Shown here piece after piece: positions 34,249 through 35,950 of a DNA stretch of 35,950 nucleotides; position 1 is the first letter of the stretch; each line of letters begins with the position of its first letter. Origin of the DNA: Planctomycetota bacterium (GTDB lineage Bacteria; Planctomycetota; UBA11346). A program made the position numbers and the translations under genes. The stretch is taken from assembly GCA_038213805.1 (NCBI GenBank), contig JBBQSO010000054.1:1-35950 (forward strand), in the 5' to 3' direction. The notes under the pieces are model-generated. The model did not search any database. It saw only the letters and a program-made list of their open reading frames with translations, and had not been told where the DNA came from.

Positions 34249-35685
34249 ATGCCCATGCCGCGCATCCTTCCCGTCGCCGCCCTCGCCGCCCTCGCGATCC
34301 TGCCTGCGTGCATGGACCGGGCTGAGGGCGATAAGCCGGTCCCGACCAAGACCGCCGTCAATCCGCCCGCGAAGGCCGATCCCCGCATCGCGGCGCCCGC
34401 CGAACAACAGGCCCCCACGCACAGGGAGGCCGAGGGCGCCCTGGTCAGCGTCAGCGAGACCGACAAGCAGGTGCTGGTCGAACTGCCGCTGGGCAGCGCA
34501 GAGGAGATCGAGCCAGGCACCTTCCTGCGCGTCTATGATCCTGCCGACGCCCACCTGCTGGTCGGCCTGATCCAGGTCACCGAGGTACTCGGTGAGCACC
34601 GCGCCGTCGCCCGCCAGATGGGGCTGAGCGACAACCTGCGCCACCTCCAGCCCAAGGACCGCGCACACGAGATCCGCGATCTCGCGAGCCTCATCGATGG
34701 CAAGGCCATCGCCGATCAGGCGCGCAAGACCGAGGCCGACTTCAACGCGCTGGATGCCGCCGACCAGCAGCGCTACGCCAGCCTGCGCACCCAATACCAA
34801 CAGGCGCTCGCCGCCGCCCAGACGCGTTTCGACGCCCAGCTCACCGCCACCGCCGCTGCCGGCGAAAAGCGCCTGGCCGAGGCCGACGCCGCGCACCGCC
34901 ACCAGCTCGAGCTCGAGCTGGTAAAGGCGCGCACCGACCTCGCCGCGCTGCGCACCGCCATGGCCGAACAGGTCGCCGCCGGCATCAGCGGGGATCGCAA
35001 GGCGCAGGAGGAGCGCTTCGCCGCGCTGACCGCAGAGCGCGCCAACCTCCAGGCCCAGGTCGACAGCCTGCTGCACAAAGAGCTGGAGATCGACGCGCAC
35101 GCCGCCGCGGTGATCAAGGAGCAGGCCGAACGCGACCGCGTCAGCCAGGCCACCGTCAGCGCCGAGGTCGAGGCCCGCCAGGTGCTGCAGGCGCGGCTCG
35201 ACGAACTCGAGGCACGCCTCGCCGGCCACGCGGTGGTGCCGATCACGGTGCTGGCCAACGACCCGACGCGCAACGAGACCGTACTCGAGAAGGTCAATCG
35301 CCTCAACCGTGAGCTGAACGTCGAGCACGAACGCGCCAAGCGCCTTGAGGCTGCGTTGTCCGAGTCCCAGGCCGGCCTCGCGAGCGCGCACCAGTCCGTC
35401 ACCGCCCTGGAGCAGCGCATCGCCGAACTCGGACCCGCCGATGCCCGCGCCCGCCAGCTCGACGACGACCTGGCCAAGGCACACACCTCACTTGCCGACA
35501 GCGAGCGCCAGCGCGCCGCCCTGGAGCTGGCGCGCCTCGAGGCGGAGCGCTCGCTCTACGACCTGGCCGCGCAGGTGCTGCGCCTCGATGGCGAACGCGC
35601 CACGACGGCCGCGCTGCAAGCACGCCTGCGCGCGACGCTCGGCGATCCGGAAGCGCCGGCGGCGCCGGTCGAGGGCAAGCCATGA
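34249..35685 (+). CDS. Putative lipoprotein with a small beta-barrel domain and a long coiled coil
   Basis: Lipobox LAILPA-C; beta-rich segment (VLVELPLGS...IEPG..LRVY...VGLIQVTEV); about 300 aa of Ala/Glu/Leu/Arg heptads. Confidence 0.65.
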   Translation: MPMPRILPVAALAALAILPACMDRAEGDKPVPTKTAVNPPAKADPRIAAPAEQQAPTHREAEGALVSVSETDKQVLVELPLGSAEEIEPGTFLRVYDPADAHLLVGLIQVTEVLGEHRAVARQMGLSDNLRHLQPKDRAHEIRDLASLIDGKAIADQARKTEADFNALDAADQQRYASLRTQYQQALAAAQTRFDAQLTATAAAGEKRLAEADAAHRHQLELELVKARTDLAALRTAMAEQVAAGISGDRKAQEERFAALTAERANLQAQVDSLLHKELEIDAHAAAVIKEQAERDRVSQATVSAEVEARQVLQARLDELEARLAGHAVVPITVLANDPTRNETVLEKVNRLNRELNVEHERAKRLEAALSESQAGLASAHQSVTALEQRIAELGPADARARQLDDDLAKAHTSLADSERQRAALELARLEAERSLYDLAAQVLRLDGERATTAALQARLRATLGDPEAPAAPVEGKP

Positions 35686-35950
35686 TCAACCGGGTGCGTT
35701 GCGGGCTGCCGCTCTTCCTCCTGCCGTTTTCCATCCTCATCGGCTGCCAGACGGCGGCGCCACGTGCCGGCACGGAAGCCGGCGCAGCGGAGCGCACGGA
35801 TGCGCCGCACGCGGCGCCGCCGGCTGCCGCCCCGGCCGCGACCGGGGCGGGGGTCGACCAGGAGGAGATCCAGGGCCACCTCGCCGAGCTCTCCGCCAAG
35901 ATCGCCGCGCTCGAGGGCCGCCTCGGCCAGGGCCGCGGTGCGCTGCGCGG
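35682..35950 (+). CDS. Putative lipoprotein, partial
   Basis: ATGA overlap with the preceding gene; MINRVRCGLPLFLLPFSILIG-C lipobox; open to the window end. Confidence 0.65.
   Translation, partial: MINRVRCGLPLFLLPFSILIGCQTAAPRAGTEAGAAERTDAPHAAPPAAAPAATGAGVDQEEIQGHLAELSAKIAALEGRLGQGRGALR

Overview
GC-rich bacterial window. The gene content (DUF1552/DUF1592, DUF6797-like cytochrome c, Rhodopirellula/Verrucomicrobium-type ECF, prenyltransferase-repeat protein) points to a PVC organism, probably Planctomycetota. Left to right: the 5' part of a poly-HAMP signalling protein (partial); a coupled pair of RlaP/YcgL-like Pol-beta nucleotidyltransferases; an intact ORF for an integron-integrase homolog that has lost four of six catalytic residues and its N-terminal domain; a minus-strand locus (ThuA-like, ECF sigma, FecR/LamG anti-sigma, DUF1552, DUF1592 cytochrome c, DUF6797 cytochrome c/beta-propeller); an ECF42-YciI(DGPF)-DoxX cluster with a matching ECF42 promoter; and tRNA-Pro(TGG), whose 3' end faces this possibly acquired block. 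Right of the tRNA: a GH99-like hydrolase; an ECF sigma with an anti-sigma fused to a prenyltransferase/terpene-cyclase-like toroid; suhB-like; a coupled operon of degenerate PHP-like, RusA-like, MutY with an intact Nudix box, and M50 peptidase; a dense hairpin cluster; an RsbU/RsbW/STAS module; a 4xLysM protein; a lipoate ligase-like gene; fabD; and two coupled lipoproteins. The most unusual items are the catalytically dead IntI-like protein beside the RlaP pair, the toroid-fused anti-sigma, and the RusA/MutY-MutT operon. All family calls come from motif recognition by eye; no database searches were run.
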